This document shows positions 52,564 through 61,849 of a stretch of DNA of 64,000 nucleotides, in pieces. The DNA is from an uncultured Chloroflexia bacterium. GTDB taxonomy: Bacteria > Chloroflexota > Limnocylindria > Limnocylindrales > CSP1-4. The stretch covers positions 259,980 to 323,979 of the forward strand of contig CAVSAP010000001.1 of NCBI GenBank assembly GCA_963726055.1. Direction: 5' to 3'. Position numbers and translations under genes: made by a program. The stretch's first letter is position 1. Each line of letters starts with the position of its first letter. Below the pieces are notes generated by a model. That model did not search any database. It saw only the letters and a program-made list of their open reading frames with translations, and was not told where the DNA came from.

Positions 52564-53636
52564 CGCTGGGTCTCCTCCTCCGATATCGCGGGCTGGATCC
52601 GGCTGGACCGGCCACGGACGAGATCGCGGCCGGCGACGAGGGCGCGAAGCTTGGCGGTCGTCGCCCAGCGGGCGGTCTGACTGAAGCCGCAGTCGGGGAC
52701 GAGCGTGAGCCGATCCGCCGGGACACCGGTCGCGAGGATCGCATCGATCCGGCCGGCGACCTCGTCAGCCGATTCGAGGTGGTAGTTCTTGACGTCGATC
52801 ACACCGGCCGCGACGTCGCGACCGGCATCGACCAGCTCGGACAGCAGGCCGATCTCGGCCATCTCCCGGTTCGCGAACTCGAGGACGAGCTCGTCGACCC
52901 CGAATCCAAGCATCGCGTCGCGGATCGGGCGATACGAGCGGGCCGCGAGCGGTCGACCGAGGTAGTTGCCGAAGCAGAGATGGGCCCCGAGCCTCACCCG
53001 CCCCCGGACCGGCTCGATCGCGGCGTTGAAGAGCGCCGCGAAGTCGGTGGGGGCGTCGGGGTGGATGGCCGGCGACGGCTCGTCGACCTGGAGGATCGTC
53101 GCGCCAGCGTCGGCGAGGCCCCGTAGCTCCGCCTGGAGGATCGGGACGAATGCCTCTGCCGCGGCGACACGTGTCCCGTAGACCTGGCCGGGCCCGGTCC
53201 GAAGCCGGCCCGAGAGCGTGTACGGCCCGGGCAGCGTCACCTTCAGTGGGCGCGTCGTCCGCGTACGCGCCGCGACGAACTCCTCGACCACGCCGAGACC
53301 GTTCGGTGCGGCGATCGGCTCGAGCACCTCGAAGCGATGCTGCTGGTCGTGACCGCCGGCCCCCAGCCGGCGCTCGGACGGAAGCGCGCGGACGCCGCTG
53401 ACATGTCGATAGAACTCGGCGGTGAAGAAGCCGGCCCGGCGCATCTCGCCGTCGCTGATCACGTCGATCCCGGCCTCCTCCTGGTCGCGGATGGCGAGAT
53501 CGACGGCGTCGTCGAGCATTTCGGCGAGATCGGCCGGCCCGAACTCACCACGCTCCGCGGCGGCGATCCCCGCCACGAACCAGCCGGGGTGGGCGTGCGA
53601 CCCGACGACGCTGGTCAGCAGTTCCTCGTGACTCAT
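52560..53636 (-). CDS. Cobalamin-independent methionine-synthase-like (MetE C-terminal domain / Meth_synt_2 family) protein
   Basis: ORF 52560..53636. The N-terminus is [14 protein letters not shown]. It has a HLCFGN-type metal-ligand context and VPDCGF near the C-terminus. Confidence 0.7.
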   Translation of the reverse strand: MSHEELLTSVVGSHAHPGWFVAGIAAAERGEFGPADLAEMLDDAVDLAIRDQEEAGIDVISDGEMRRAGFFTAEFYRHVSGVRALPSERRLGAGGHDQQHRFEVLEPIAAPNGLGVVEEFVAARTRTTRPLKVTLPGPYTLSGRLRTGPGQVYGTRVAAAEAFVPILQAELRGLADAGATILQVDEPSPAIHPDAPTDFAALFNAAIEPVRGRVRLGAHLCFGNYLGRPLAARSYRPIRDAMLGFGVDELVLEFANREMAEIGLLSELVDAGRDVAAGVIDVKNYHLESADEVAGRIDAILATGVPADRLTLVPDCGFSQTARWATTAKLRALVAGRDLVRGRSSRIQPAISEEETQR

Positions 53637-54595
53637 CTATCGACCTCCGCGAACGCATACGCTCGGGCCGGATTGTCGACGAAGAAGCGCTGCCGGATGT
53701 CGGGCCCGATCCCGCACGCCTCCAGCGCGTCGCTGAACTCGCCGAGCAGGTAGGCGAGGCCCGGTGAACCGCCGAAGGCCCGGTAGTAACCCTGACGGGC
53801 GGCGTCCATCCCGAGCATCACCTGCCCGGCGTGGCCATCGGCGACCGCCCACTCCAGCAATTGCAGCGTCCCGTTCTCGCGGTCCCCCCACCGGAACGCC
53901 TGGTCGTAGACCGCATAGGCGCCGGTCGACAGGATCTCGCGGTGATAGCCGCGGTCGACGACCTTGTCGACGTGGCTGAGCGAGATGCGCCGGGCGGGCA
54001 CCCCGGCGTCGACGAGGGTGCGGATCTGCTCGAGCGCGCCGGTCCCCGCTTCGCAGTGGGTGTGGACCGGAACGCCAGTGCGAGCATGCGTCGCGGCTGC
54101 GGCACGGAAGATCGGCGTGTCGCGAGCGGACGGGCCGCCCTGGCTGCCGCCGACCTTGACGATCCCGGCCCGGATATCGGTCCGCCGGACGATCGGCCCG
54201 CCGTAGTCGCGTTCGTCGATTCCCTCGACGACATCGGCCACGAACAGGTCCGCCAGCTCGTCCTCCGAAGCCCGGAGGCTCCAGTGCGACGCTCCGTAGA
54301 ACCTCTCGTGGTGGAGCCCGGTCGCCGCCACCAGCTGGACGGCGGTCCGCCGCGACAGCTCGGCGAGCTTCGAGGCGTTGCGGCCGCAGTCCGCAGGCAT
54401 CGCATCGATCGCCGAGCGCAGACCGGCGCCGGCGGCCTCGGTCAGCTCTGCGGCCAGGCGCTCCACGTCGGCGAGGAGGAAGTCGGGGGACATCTCGACC
54501 GGACGGCCGCCGTCGATCACGAGGTGTTCGTGGGCGTACGTGACGCCCAGCTCCGCCGGCGCGATGTCCCCGAGGACGGTCCGAACGAATGTCAT
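53633..54595 (-). CDS. Phosphotriesterase-family (PTE/PHP-like amidohydrolase) protein
   Basis: C-terminal 320 aa of ORF 53633..55396: MTFVRTVLGDIAPAELGVTYAHEHLVIDGG...VHTHCEAG. The ATG overlaps the SDR stop (ATGA). Confidence 0.8.
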   Translation of the reverse strand: MTFVRTVLGDIAPAELGVTYAHEHLVIDGGRPVEMSPDFLLADVERLAAELTEAAGAGLRSAIDAMPADCGRNASKLAELSRRTAVQLVAATGLHHERFYGASHWSLRASEDELADLFVADVVEGIDERDYGGPIVRRTDIRAGIVKVGGSQGGPSARDTPIFRAAAATHARTGVPVHTHCEAGTGALEQIRTLVDAGVPARRISLSHVDKVVDRGYHREILSTGAYAVYDQAFRWGDRENGTLQLLEWAVADGHAGQVMLGMDAARQGYYRAFGGSPGLAYLLGEFSDALEACGIGPDIRQRFFVDNPARAYAFAEVDR

Positions 54596-55396
54596 GTGGT
54601 CGCGGATGAGACGGACCAGCCGCCGTCGATCTTCAGGAGCTGGCCGGTCACGGTCCGCGACTCGTCGGACAGGAAATAGACCGCCGCGTTCGCGACCTCG
54701 GCAGGGTCCAGCATCTCCCCCGCCAGCGGCTGCTTGCGGCGGGTGAAGGCGAGGATCTGTTCGTCGCCGGCTGCCCGCTCCGCCATTGGCGTCCGCGTCA
54801 ATGACTGGAGCAACGGCATTGACCCGGATCCGATCTGCGAGGTAGGTCGCGGCCATTGCCGTCATGAGTGCGGTCGTTGCTCCCTTGGCCGCCGCATACG
54901 CATGCGTCCCGAAGAACTCGGGGACGGGATCCGTGGCCGTGACGCTGCCCATCAGGAGGATCGACCCGCGGGTCCCGGAGGTGTTGGGTGCCTGGTCGCG
55001 CATCTGCCGGACAACCGCGCTGCAGACGAGCGCCTGCGTCCGCAGGTTCATGGCCAGCGTCGCATCCCAGGCATCGCCGCTGACCTCGTGGATCAGTCCG
55101 TCGCCGAATCGCCGGCCACTGCCACCTGCGACCGAGAAGAGACCATCGATCCGGCCGAATGCGTCCACGCAGGCCCCGACCGCATCGCCGACCTCGACCT
55201 CGTCCGCCAGCTCGGCCGGGCGATACGCCGCCCGACCGCCCGCGGCGGCGATTCGGTCGACGAGCGCCCGGCAATGGTCGTCGTTCCTGGACGTGACGAA
55301 GACCTCCGCCCCTTCCGCGGCGAAGCGCACGGCGGACGCGGCAGCGATGCCCGTGGAGCCAGTCACGAGGCAGACGCGACCGGCGAGCCGGTTCAC
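54592..55396 (-). CDS. Short-chain dehydrogenase/reductase; one +1 frame change near 54805 as assembled
   Basis: The N-terminal part is in the frame of ORF 53633..55396 (MNRLAGRVCLVTGSTGIAAASA...YAAAKGATTALMTAMAATYLADRIRVNAVAP). The C-terminal part is ORF 54592..54819 (SLTRTPMAERAAG...VYFLSDESRTVTGQLLKIDGGWSV). Confidence 0.8.
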
Positions 55397-55507
55397 CGGG
55401 CAACCGCGGAATCATCGAGCGGGATTCGCATGTCGGAGAATCTAAGCGCTCACCCGAGCCACCGCGCGCGGGTCCGCAAATTGCCGGTCGCAGCCGCAAT
55501 GCGACCA

Positions 55508-55537
55508 TTGACGAACGCCCGTTCGGTCAAGTATGCT
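55508..55537 (+). promoter_or_regulatory. Candidate rho promoter TTGACG-N18-TATGCT
   Basis: Hexamers at 55508-55513 and 55532-55537. It is followed by a C-rich, G-poor tract ctccacccatcccaccc and an about 140-nt leader. Confidence 0.5.
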
Positions 55538-55684
55538 CCACCCATCCCACCCGGCCTGCGCAGCGGATCGATTCCGCGCGATCACCAGCCCGGGCCACCG
55601 GCTATCCCTAGGAACTCGTACCCCATGCCCCAACTCGGTCCAGATCAGCGTCAGCGGAATCGTCGGCCTCGACGCAGGTCCCAG

Positions 55685-57010
55685 ATGACATCCCGCGCGC
55701 CGGTCACAGAATTCGACGAGATGCAGGAGCTCGAGGCCGCCCGCGAGCGGAACGACCTCGACATCACCGATCTCCGCGACATGAGCGTCACGGAGCTCCG
55801 CGCCGTCGGCAAGGACCTCGAGCTCGAGACCGGTACCCAGGAACGCAAGGACGACCTCGTCGAGCGGATCCTGGAGCGCCAGACGGAGCGTGCCGGCCAC
55901 GCCTACGCGACAGGCATCCTCGACATCGTCGACGAGGGCTTCGGCTTCATGCGCCGCCACGGCCTCCTGCCGAGCCCAGATGATGTCTACGTCAGCTCGA
56001 GCCAGGTCCGCCGCTTCGGGCTGCGGATCGGCGACCGCGTGAGCGGCGCGGTCCGGGCGCCGCGGGACGCCGAGAAGTACTGGGGGATGCTCCGCGTCGA
56101 TGCGGTCAACGGCGTCGATATCGAAACTGCCCGGAACCGGCCCGTCTTCGGGGACTTGACCCCCGTCCACCCGGACGAGCTGATCAACATCGAAGCGGAC
56201 CCGAAGAACCTCAGCCAGCGGCTGATCAACCTCGTCAACCCGCTCGGCAAGGGCCAGCGCGCCCTCATCGTCAGCCCGCCCAAGGCCGGCAAGACGATGC
56301 TCCTCAAGCACATTGCCAACGGGATCAGCACGAACTACCCGGAAATCCTCCTCATGGTCGCGCTCATCGGCGAGCGCCCCGAGGAGGTCACGGACATGCG
56401 CCGCTCGGTCAAGGGCGAGGTCATCAGCTCGACGTTCGACGAGCCGACGGAGAACCACACCCACGTTGCCGAGATGGCGCTCGAGATCGCCAAGCGGCAG
56501 GTCGAGACGGGTCGCGACGTCGTGATCCTCCTGGACTCCATCACCCGCCTCGCCCGCGCTTACAACCTCGCCCTCCCGCCGTCGGGCCGGACGCTGTCGG
56601 GCGGACTCGATCCGATCGCCCTCTATCCGCCGAAGCGGTTCTTCGGGGCCGCCCGGAACATCGAGGAGGGCGGCTCCCTGACGATCATCGGGACCTGCCT
56701 CGTCGACACCGGGTCGCGGATGGACGACGTCATCTACGAGGAGTTCAAGGGGACCGGCAACAGCGAGCTGATCCTCGACCGGAAGCTCGCCGAGAAGCGG
56801 ATCTTCCCGGCCATCGACGTGCAGCGATCGGGCACCCGGCGCGAGGAGCTCCTGCTCGAGGAAGGCACCCTCAAGATGGTCTGGACGATGCGCCGGATGC
56901 TGTCCGCCGTCGGCACGAATGAGGGCATCGAGTTGCTCCTCAACCGCCTCTCGAAGACCGAAAGCAACGTCCAATTCCTCGGAACGTTGACCAAGAGCCT
57001 GGACGCGTAA
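55685..57010 (+). CDS. rho: Transcription termination factor Rho
   Basis: ORF 54734..57010 trimmed to ATG 55685. Motifs [14 protein letters not shown], Walker A SPPKAGKT, and [19 protein letters not shown]. Confidence 0.95.
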   Translation: MTSRAPVTEFDEMQELEAARERNDLDITDLRDMSVTELRAVGKDLELETGTQERKDDLVERILERQTERAGHAYATGILDIVDEGFGFMRRHGLLPSPDDVYVSSSQVRRFGLRIGDRVSGAVRAPRDAEKYWGMLRVDAVNGVDIETARNRPVFGDLTPVHPDELINIEADPKNLSQRLINLVNPLGKGQRALIVSPPKAGKTMLLKHIANGISTNYPEILLMVALIGERPEEVTDMRRSVKGEVISSTFDEPTENHTHVAEMALEIAKRQVETGRDVVILLDSITRLARAYNLALPPSGRTLSGGLDPIALYPPKRFFGAARNIEEGGSLTIIGTCLVDTGSRMDDVIYEEFKGTGNSELILDRKLAEKRIFPAIDVQRSGTRREELLLEEGTLKMVWTMRRMLSAVGTNEGIELLLNRLSKTESNVQFLGTLTKSLDA

Positions 57011-57287
57011 GCCACCCTCAGCGTGTAACCCGGCTTCGCCCACCGAGGTCCAAGGCCGAGCTCCGCGAGGGCCATTGGCCCGAGGTAGCCTCGACGCCTG
57101 ACGCCTGTTCAAGTTTGCGGTGGCGTTACCAGTCTGGTAGCGTTTGTCACCAAGTCGTAAGCCCGTCGACGCGGGCATCGGCCGCGTAAGAGAGACCCCC
57201 AGCTCGATATCGCGACCCCACGCGAGCGGTTCCGTCCCCTAGCGCCCCGTTCCCCGCGCGGACCGTTCGTTCCACCAGGAGACCGTA

Positions 57288-58769
57288 TTGCTGAACGCGT
57301 CGGTCGGCATGCAGCGCGCCCTCGATCGCCTGCGCCCCGTCTCAGCCCATCGTTCGTCGAAGGCCATCTCCGTCCAGCGTCATAGTCTCGCGGCCGCGAA
57401 AGCAATCCGCGGCCTTGTGCTGCGCCCGCGCGCTGACGAGCGCTTCGCCCGCAGCACCCGCCGCTCCCCGGAGGCCGTCAAAGCGGTCCCGGCGAGCGCG
57501 GCGATCGTCCTTCGCCCGCTCAACGTGAGCATGCGCCCCGTCTCTGCCCGGTCCGGTCTGCTTGCCCCGCGCTCGGCCTACGCCGACGGCCCGGTCGTGA
57601 CGATGGCCGCATCGGCGGAGCGACCCTCAATGATCGGCCGGATGGGTGTGGATCGGATCGTGCCGGCTGTTGCCGTCGCAATCGTCATCGTCGCCACGGC
57701 CATCAGCGGGGTCGCTTCGGTCGGAGCGACCGGTCCGTCAGGCCCGGTCGGTGGACCAACCGGCGACGGTCCCGGGGCACGACTCGCGGCCGGCGCGGTA
57801 CTGTCGGAGAGCGGCCTGGCAGACCAGCGTGGTCCCGACGCAATCGAGGTCATCGATGACCGCGAGCAGATCGATCCGACGACGGACTCCGGCACGAACG
57901 CGATCGCCGGCGGCGGCGCCGTGCTCGATGACGGCACCATCCTCAAGCCCGTCGCCGTCGACACGACCGTGGCCGATGGCAAGGGTCTCATGCGAACTTA
58001 TCGCGTCCGCTCGGGCGATACGCTGACGGGGATCGCACGCAAGTTCGGCGTTTCGATGATGACCGTCTGGTGGGCGAACAATCTCACCTCGAAGTCCGAT
58101 CTCCACATTGGCCAGACCCTGACGATCCCGCCGGTCAGCGGCGTGGTCGTGACCGTCGGACCGACCGATACCCTCGACGCACTCGCGGCGCGATACAGCG
58201 TCGACGCCGCCGACATCGTCGATGCGAACGAGCTCGACGACCCGAATCTGGTCCTCGGTCAGACCCTGACGATCCCGGGAGGTCTTGGTTCGGCGATCGT
58301 GACGCCGAAGCCGGCGCCTGTTGCGTCGCGGCCGAAGACCACCAGCAGCAGCAGCAGCGGCAGTCGGTCCACCAAGCCGCCGGCGAAGTACACCGGAGGC
58401 GCTTTCGCGTGGCCGGTCGCAGGTGGCTATATCAGCCAGTACTACCACTACGGTCACTACGCGATCGATATCGCGGCCGACGGCGGCACGGGGGTCAAGG
58501 CCGCCGCGGCCGGCGTCGTCACATGGGCCGGCTGGAAGAGCAACGGCGGTGGCTACCAGGTCTGGATCTCCCACGGCTCCGGGCTGTACACGACGTACAA
58601 CCACATGTCGAGCATTTCAATCGGGCGCGGCTCACATGTTGGGCGCGGCCAGCAGGTCGGCCGGGTCGGGTCGTCCGGGAACGCCACGGGGCCGCACCTC
58701 CACTTCGAGGTCTGGAGAGGCCCGATCTGGAGTGGCGGCTCGCGCGTGAATCCGCTCGCGTATCTGTAG
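57288..58769 (+). CDS. Membrane-anchored peptidoglycan hydrolase: two LysM domains plus an M23 peptidase domain
   Basis: ORF 57288..58769 (TTG start with SD AGGAGA; ATG near 57630 is possible). The LysM domains are YRVRSGDTLTGIARKFGV and the second DTLDALAARYSV. The M23 motifs are HYAIDIAA...GSSGNATGPHLHFEV. Confidence 0.8.
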   Translation: MLNASVGMQRALDRLRPVSAHRSSKAISVQRHSLAAAKAIRGLVLRPRADERFARSTRRSPEAVKAVPASAAIVLRPLNVSMRPVSARSGLLAPRSAYADGPVVTMAASAERPSMIGRMGVDRIVPAVAVAIVIVATAISGVASVGATGPSGPVGGPTGDGPGARLAAGAVLSESGLADQRGPDAIEVIDDREQIDPTTDSGTNAIAGGGAVLDDGTILKPVAVDTTVADGKGLMRTYRVRSGDTLTGIARKFGVSMMTVWWANNLTSKSDLHIGQTLTIPPVSGVVVTVGPTDTLDALAARYSVDAADIVDANELDDPNLVLGQTLTIPGGLGSAIVTPKPAPVASRPKTTSSSSSGSRSTKPPAKYTGGAFAWPVAGGYISQYYHYGHYAIDIAADGGTGVKAAAAGVVTWAGWKSNGGGYQVWISHGSGLYTTYNHMSSISIGRGSHVGRGQQVGRVGSSGNATGPHLHFEVWRGPIWSGGSRVNPLAYL

Positions 58770-59054
58770 CGGTCGCCGCTTCTCGCCGGCAACACCGCGA
58801 TAGTTCCAGTCGGGCGGAACGATCGTGATCGACCGGCCTGACCGGCGGTTCGACTCCCCTGGCTTCTGTGACGCCGTCTGACCGACGGAGCGACGACCTA
58901 TCACGCTCGACGAGTCCCGCGAACCACACAGCCGATCCGAGGGCTCCCACGCAGTCGCCCCTATTCGTCGGCGGCGGTCAGCCGAGGCCCCTCGACGGGG
59001 CCGCCCCCACCCGGCCGGGCAGTCTCAGCCGGGTCCCATGCGACAATCGAGGCA

Positions 59055-60347
59055 ATGTTTCTCGATCGCGTGAAGATCTGGGTCAGCGCCGGCGCGGGCG
59101 GTGACGGAGCCGCGACGTTTCGCAAGGAGGCTCACGTTCCTCGGGGCGGCCCAGACGGCGGAGACGGCGGTCGCGGCGGCTCCGTTCATCTGCGGGTGGA
59201 CGCCGGCCAGACCACGCTGCGTGATTTTCGCTACAAGCACCATTTCCGGGCGACCGCGGGCGGCCGGGGCGAACGCAAGGGCCGCCACGGTGCGGCCGGG
59301 GAGGACGTGATCCTCGACGTGCCACCGGGGACGGCCGTCTACGACGACGAAACCGGTGCCCTCATCGCCGACCTGGTCATGGCCGGGCAAACCTCCATCG
59401 TCGGTCGTGGCGGGCGCGGCGGCCTCGGCAACACACACTTCAAGACCTCGACCCACCAGGCCCCGAAGCACGCGCAGAACGGCGAGCCGGGCGAGGAGCG
59501 GTGGCTCCGACTGGAGCTTCGCCTGATCGCCGATATCGGGCTCGTCGGGCTGCCGAACGCCGGCAAGTCGACCCTGCTTGCAGCACTGACTGCCGCCCGG
59601 CCAAAGATCGCCGACTATCCGTTCACGACCCTCGAGCCGAACCTCGGTGTCATGGAGCTCGGCGACGAGGACGAACGCCGCCCGACGATTGCCGACGTGC
59701 CGGGCCTGATCGAAGGTGCGAGCTCGGGCGCCGGCCTCGGCCATGCGTTCCTCCGCCACGTCGAGCGGACGCGGATCCTCGTTCACCTTGTCGACGGTTC
59801 CGGCCGGGATCCCGAGTGGGACCACGGCGTGATCCGCGACGAGCTCGAGGCCCACGACCCCAAGCTCCTTGAAAAGCCGATCCTCGTCGTTTTCAACAAG
59901 TTCGATCTGCCCGCCGCACGCGAGACCTGGCCGGCGTTCCACAAGGCGCGCGACCGGGCCGGTCAGGACGCGATCACGGTATCGGCCGCCACCGGGGAGG
60001 GTGTCCCAGCCCTCCGGGAGCGGCTCGCGGCGATGCTCCCCTCGGCCGATGAACTTGGCGCGCCGCCGGAGCCGGCAGGCGTCGTCGTTCATCGGATCGA
60101 GGCCATGGGCGATGGCTTCGTCGTCAATCGAGAAGCTGACGCCTTTCGGGTACGCGGCAAGAGGATCGAACGGATCGCAGCCCAGACGAACTTCGAAGTC
60201 GAGGAATCGGCTGAGCGCTTCCAGCGGGACCTTGCTCGGCTCGGCATCGATTCAGAATTGCGGCGCGCGGGCATCGTGCCGGGTGACCTCGTGCGGATCG
60301 GCGCGGCGGAGCTCGAATGGGAGGCCCAGCCGTGGGAAGAACGATGA
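59055..60347 (+). CDS. obg: GTPase ObgE/CgtA
   Basis: ORF 59055..60347. N-terminus MFLDRVKIWVSAGAGGDGAATFRKE. G1 motif GLPNAGKST, and the OCT domain is present. Confidence 0.95.
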   Translation: MFLDRVKIWVSAGAGGDGAATFRKEAHVPRGGPDGGDGGRGGSVHLRVDAGQTTLRDFRYKHHFRATAGGRGERKGRHGAAGEDVILDVPPGTAVYDDETGALIADLVMAGQTSIVGRGGRGGLGNTHFKTSTHQAPKHAQNGEPGEERWLRLELRLIADIGLVGLPNAGKSTLLAALTAARPKIADYPFTTLEPNLGVMELGDEDERRPTIADVPGLIEGASSGAGLGHAFLRHVERTRILVHLVDGSGRDPEWDHGVIRDELEAHDPKLLEKPILVVFNKFDLPAARETWPAFHKARDRAGQDAITVSAATGEGVPALRERLAAMLPSADELGAPPEPAGVVVHRIEAMGDGFVVNREADAFRVRGKRIERIAAQTNFEVEESAERFQRDLARLGIDSELRRAGIVPGDLVRIGAAELEWEAQPWEER

Positions 60348-61012
60348 CCCGGGACGCGCCGGCGACCACCGGCATCGCCGCCATCGGTATGCTCGGCGGC
60401 ACGTTCGATCCGATCCACGCGGGTCACCTTGCGCTCGCCCACGTCGCCCTCGACCAGCTCGCGCTCAGGCAGATCCTCTTCGTGCCGGCGGGTCGACCGC
60501 CACACAAGCGAGGGCTGCCGATCACGGCTGCCGCACATCGCCTGGCCATGGTCGAGCTCGCGATCGCCGGGGAGTCACGCTTCGCCGTCAGCCCGATCGA
60601 GATCGAGCGGCCGGGCCCGTCCTACACCGCCGACACGGCCGAGGACATCCTCGCCGGGCCGGTGATTGACGACCGGCCCACAGAGCTCACAGTGATCCTC
60701 TCGGCAGAGACCTTCGCGGACCTGCCGTCCTGGCACGAACCTGCGAGGCTCCTGCGTCTCGCCCGGATCGCCGTCGCCCCGCGGCCTGGTCATCCCCCGC
60801 CGACACCCAGGTGGCTGGCGCAGCGCCTGCCGGGTTTCGCCGATCGGGTCGTGGTCCTCGAGGGACCGCACCTCGACATCTCAGCGTCCGACATCCGTGC
60901 GAGGGTCGCCGCCGGCCGCCCGATCGATGGACTCGTCCCGCCATCCGTCGCCGCCTACATCAAGGCGCATCATCTGTATCTCCAGCAGCCACCGAGGAAG
61001 GACCCAACGTGA
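60344..61012 (+). CDS. nadD: Nicotinate-nucleotide adenylyltransferase
   Basis: ORF 60317..61012. ATG 60344 overlaps the obg stop (ATGA). The motif is GGTFDPIHAGHL. Confidence 0.9.
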   Translation: MTRDAPATTGIAAIGMLGGTFDPIHAGHLALAHVALDQLALRQILFVPAGRPPHKRGLPITAAAHRLAMVELAIAGESRFAVSPIEIERPGPSYTADTAEDILAGPVIDDRPTELTVILSAETFADLPSWHEPARLLRLARIAVAPRPGHPPPTPRWLAQRLPGFADRVVVLEGPHLDISASDIRARVAAGRPIDGLVPPSVAAYIKAHHLYLQQPPRKDPT

Positions 61013-61449
61013 GCGAACCCGTCGAGCCGACCACCACGCCGCCGTCGAGCGGAGGCCCCCGCGCCGATGGCTTGCCGAGCCGGGCGGCGGTCGCGCCATC
61101 GGAGCGGCCACCGCTCGACGTTGCGAGGCGGATCGTCGAGCTCGCCGAGGACAAGAAGGCTGCGGATATCGTCCTGCTCGACCTGACCGGATTGACGACT
61201 CTCGCCGACGCGTTCGTCATCTGCTCCGGTGGCTCGGAGCGCCAGCTCGACGCGATCGCCGACGGCATCGTCGGCGGCCTGCGGGACGAGAAGATTCGAC
61301 CGATCGGCCGGGAAGGCAGGGCCGTGTCGCACTGGGTCCTGCTGGACTTCGGCGACGTGGTGGTCCATATCTTCACGCCGCCGGAGCGCGAGTACTACTC
61401 GCTCGAGAAACATTGGGCGGAGGCCAAAACGGTGCTCCGGGTCCAGTGA
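61009..61449 (+). CDS. rsfS: Ribosome silencing factor RsfS
   Basis: In the frame of ORF 60811..61449. GTG 61009 overlaps the nadD stop. Motifs AADIVLLDLTGLTTLADAFVICSGGSERQLDAIAD and WVLLDFGDVVVHIF. Confidence 0.85.
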   Translation: MSEPVEPTTTPPSSGGPRADGLPSRAAVAPSERPPLDVARRIVELAEDKKAADIVLLDLTGLTTLADAFVICSGGSERQLDAIADGIVGGLRDEKIRPIGREGRAVSHWVLLDFGDVVVHIFTPPEREYYSLEKHWAEAKTVLRVQ

Positions 61450-61584
61450 CCCGGCGCGAATCCATGGGCCGAGTACCGGTACAAATGGGTACCGTCGGGT
61501 CATGACGACAGTCGTGGCGCGCCACCTAGCATCCGGTGAGAGGTCGATCGTCTGGTCGGCCAGTCCCGAGGTTCAGATCGGTCG

Positions 61585-61839
61585 ATGTCACGCCTTCGAG
61601 AGCGCTGCCCCACCTGCGGACGCCGCCTCATCACGACGCGCTTCGACACGACGTTCCGGATGGTCGATCGGAGCGAACGGCTCTGCTTCGGAATTCCGGG
61701 TGGACTCTGCGAGGACTGCCACCAGCTGTACATCGATCCGGACCTGATCGACCTGCTCGACCTGCGCGAGGGCCGCTGCGTCTTCGCCATCGAGAGCGAT
61801 CTGGTCGTCCAAGAACAAGCTTGGTCATCAGGGCACTGA
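61585..61839 (+). CDS. Small zinc-ribbon protein (YgiT/MqsA-N-terminal-like CxxC...CxxC)
   Basis: ORF 61585..61839: MSRLRERCPTCGRRLITTRFDTTFRMVDRSERLCFGIPGGLCEDCHQLYIDPDL. The family call is by eye only. Confidence 0.5.
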   Translation: MSRLRERCPTCGRRLITTRFDTTFRMVDRSERLCFGIPGGLCEDCHQLYIDPDLIDLLDLREGRCVFAIESDLVVQEQAWSSGH

Positions 61840-61849
61840 GCGGCCGCCC

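Noticed and set aside
57100-57290. A c-di-AMP (ydaO-yuaA) riboswitch upstream of the M23/LysM hydrolase.
   Set aside because: The context is right and CGTAAG motifs are present. The G-rich conserved blocks are absent on the plus strand, and the G-rich runs are on the wrong strand. This needs a covariance-model scan before any claim.
61502-61747. An alternative 82-codon ORF (MTTVVARHLASGERSIVWSASPEVQ...) overlapping the zinc-ribbon ORF.
   Set aside because: Its C-terminal half is Ala/Ser/Arg-rich and featureless, while the other frame gives a coherent CxxC...CxxC zinc ribbon. The two frames are not related by the +1 pattern seen elsewhere. It is kept only as a caveat.
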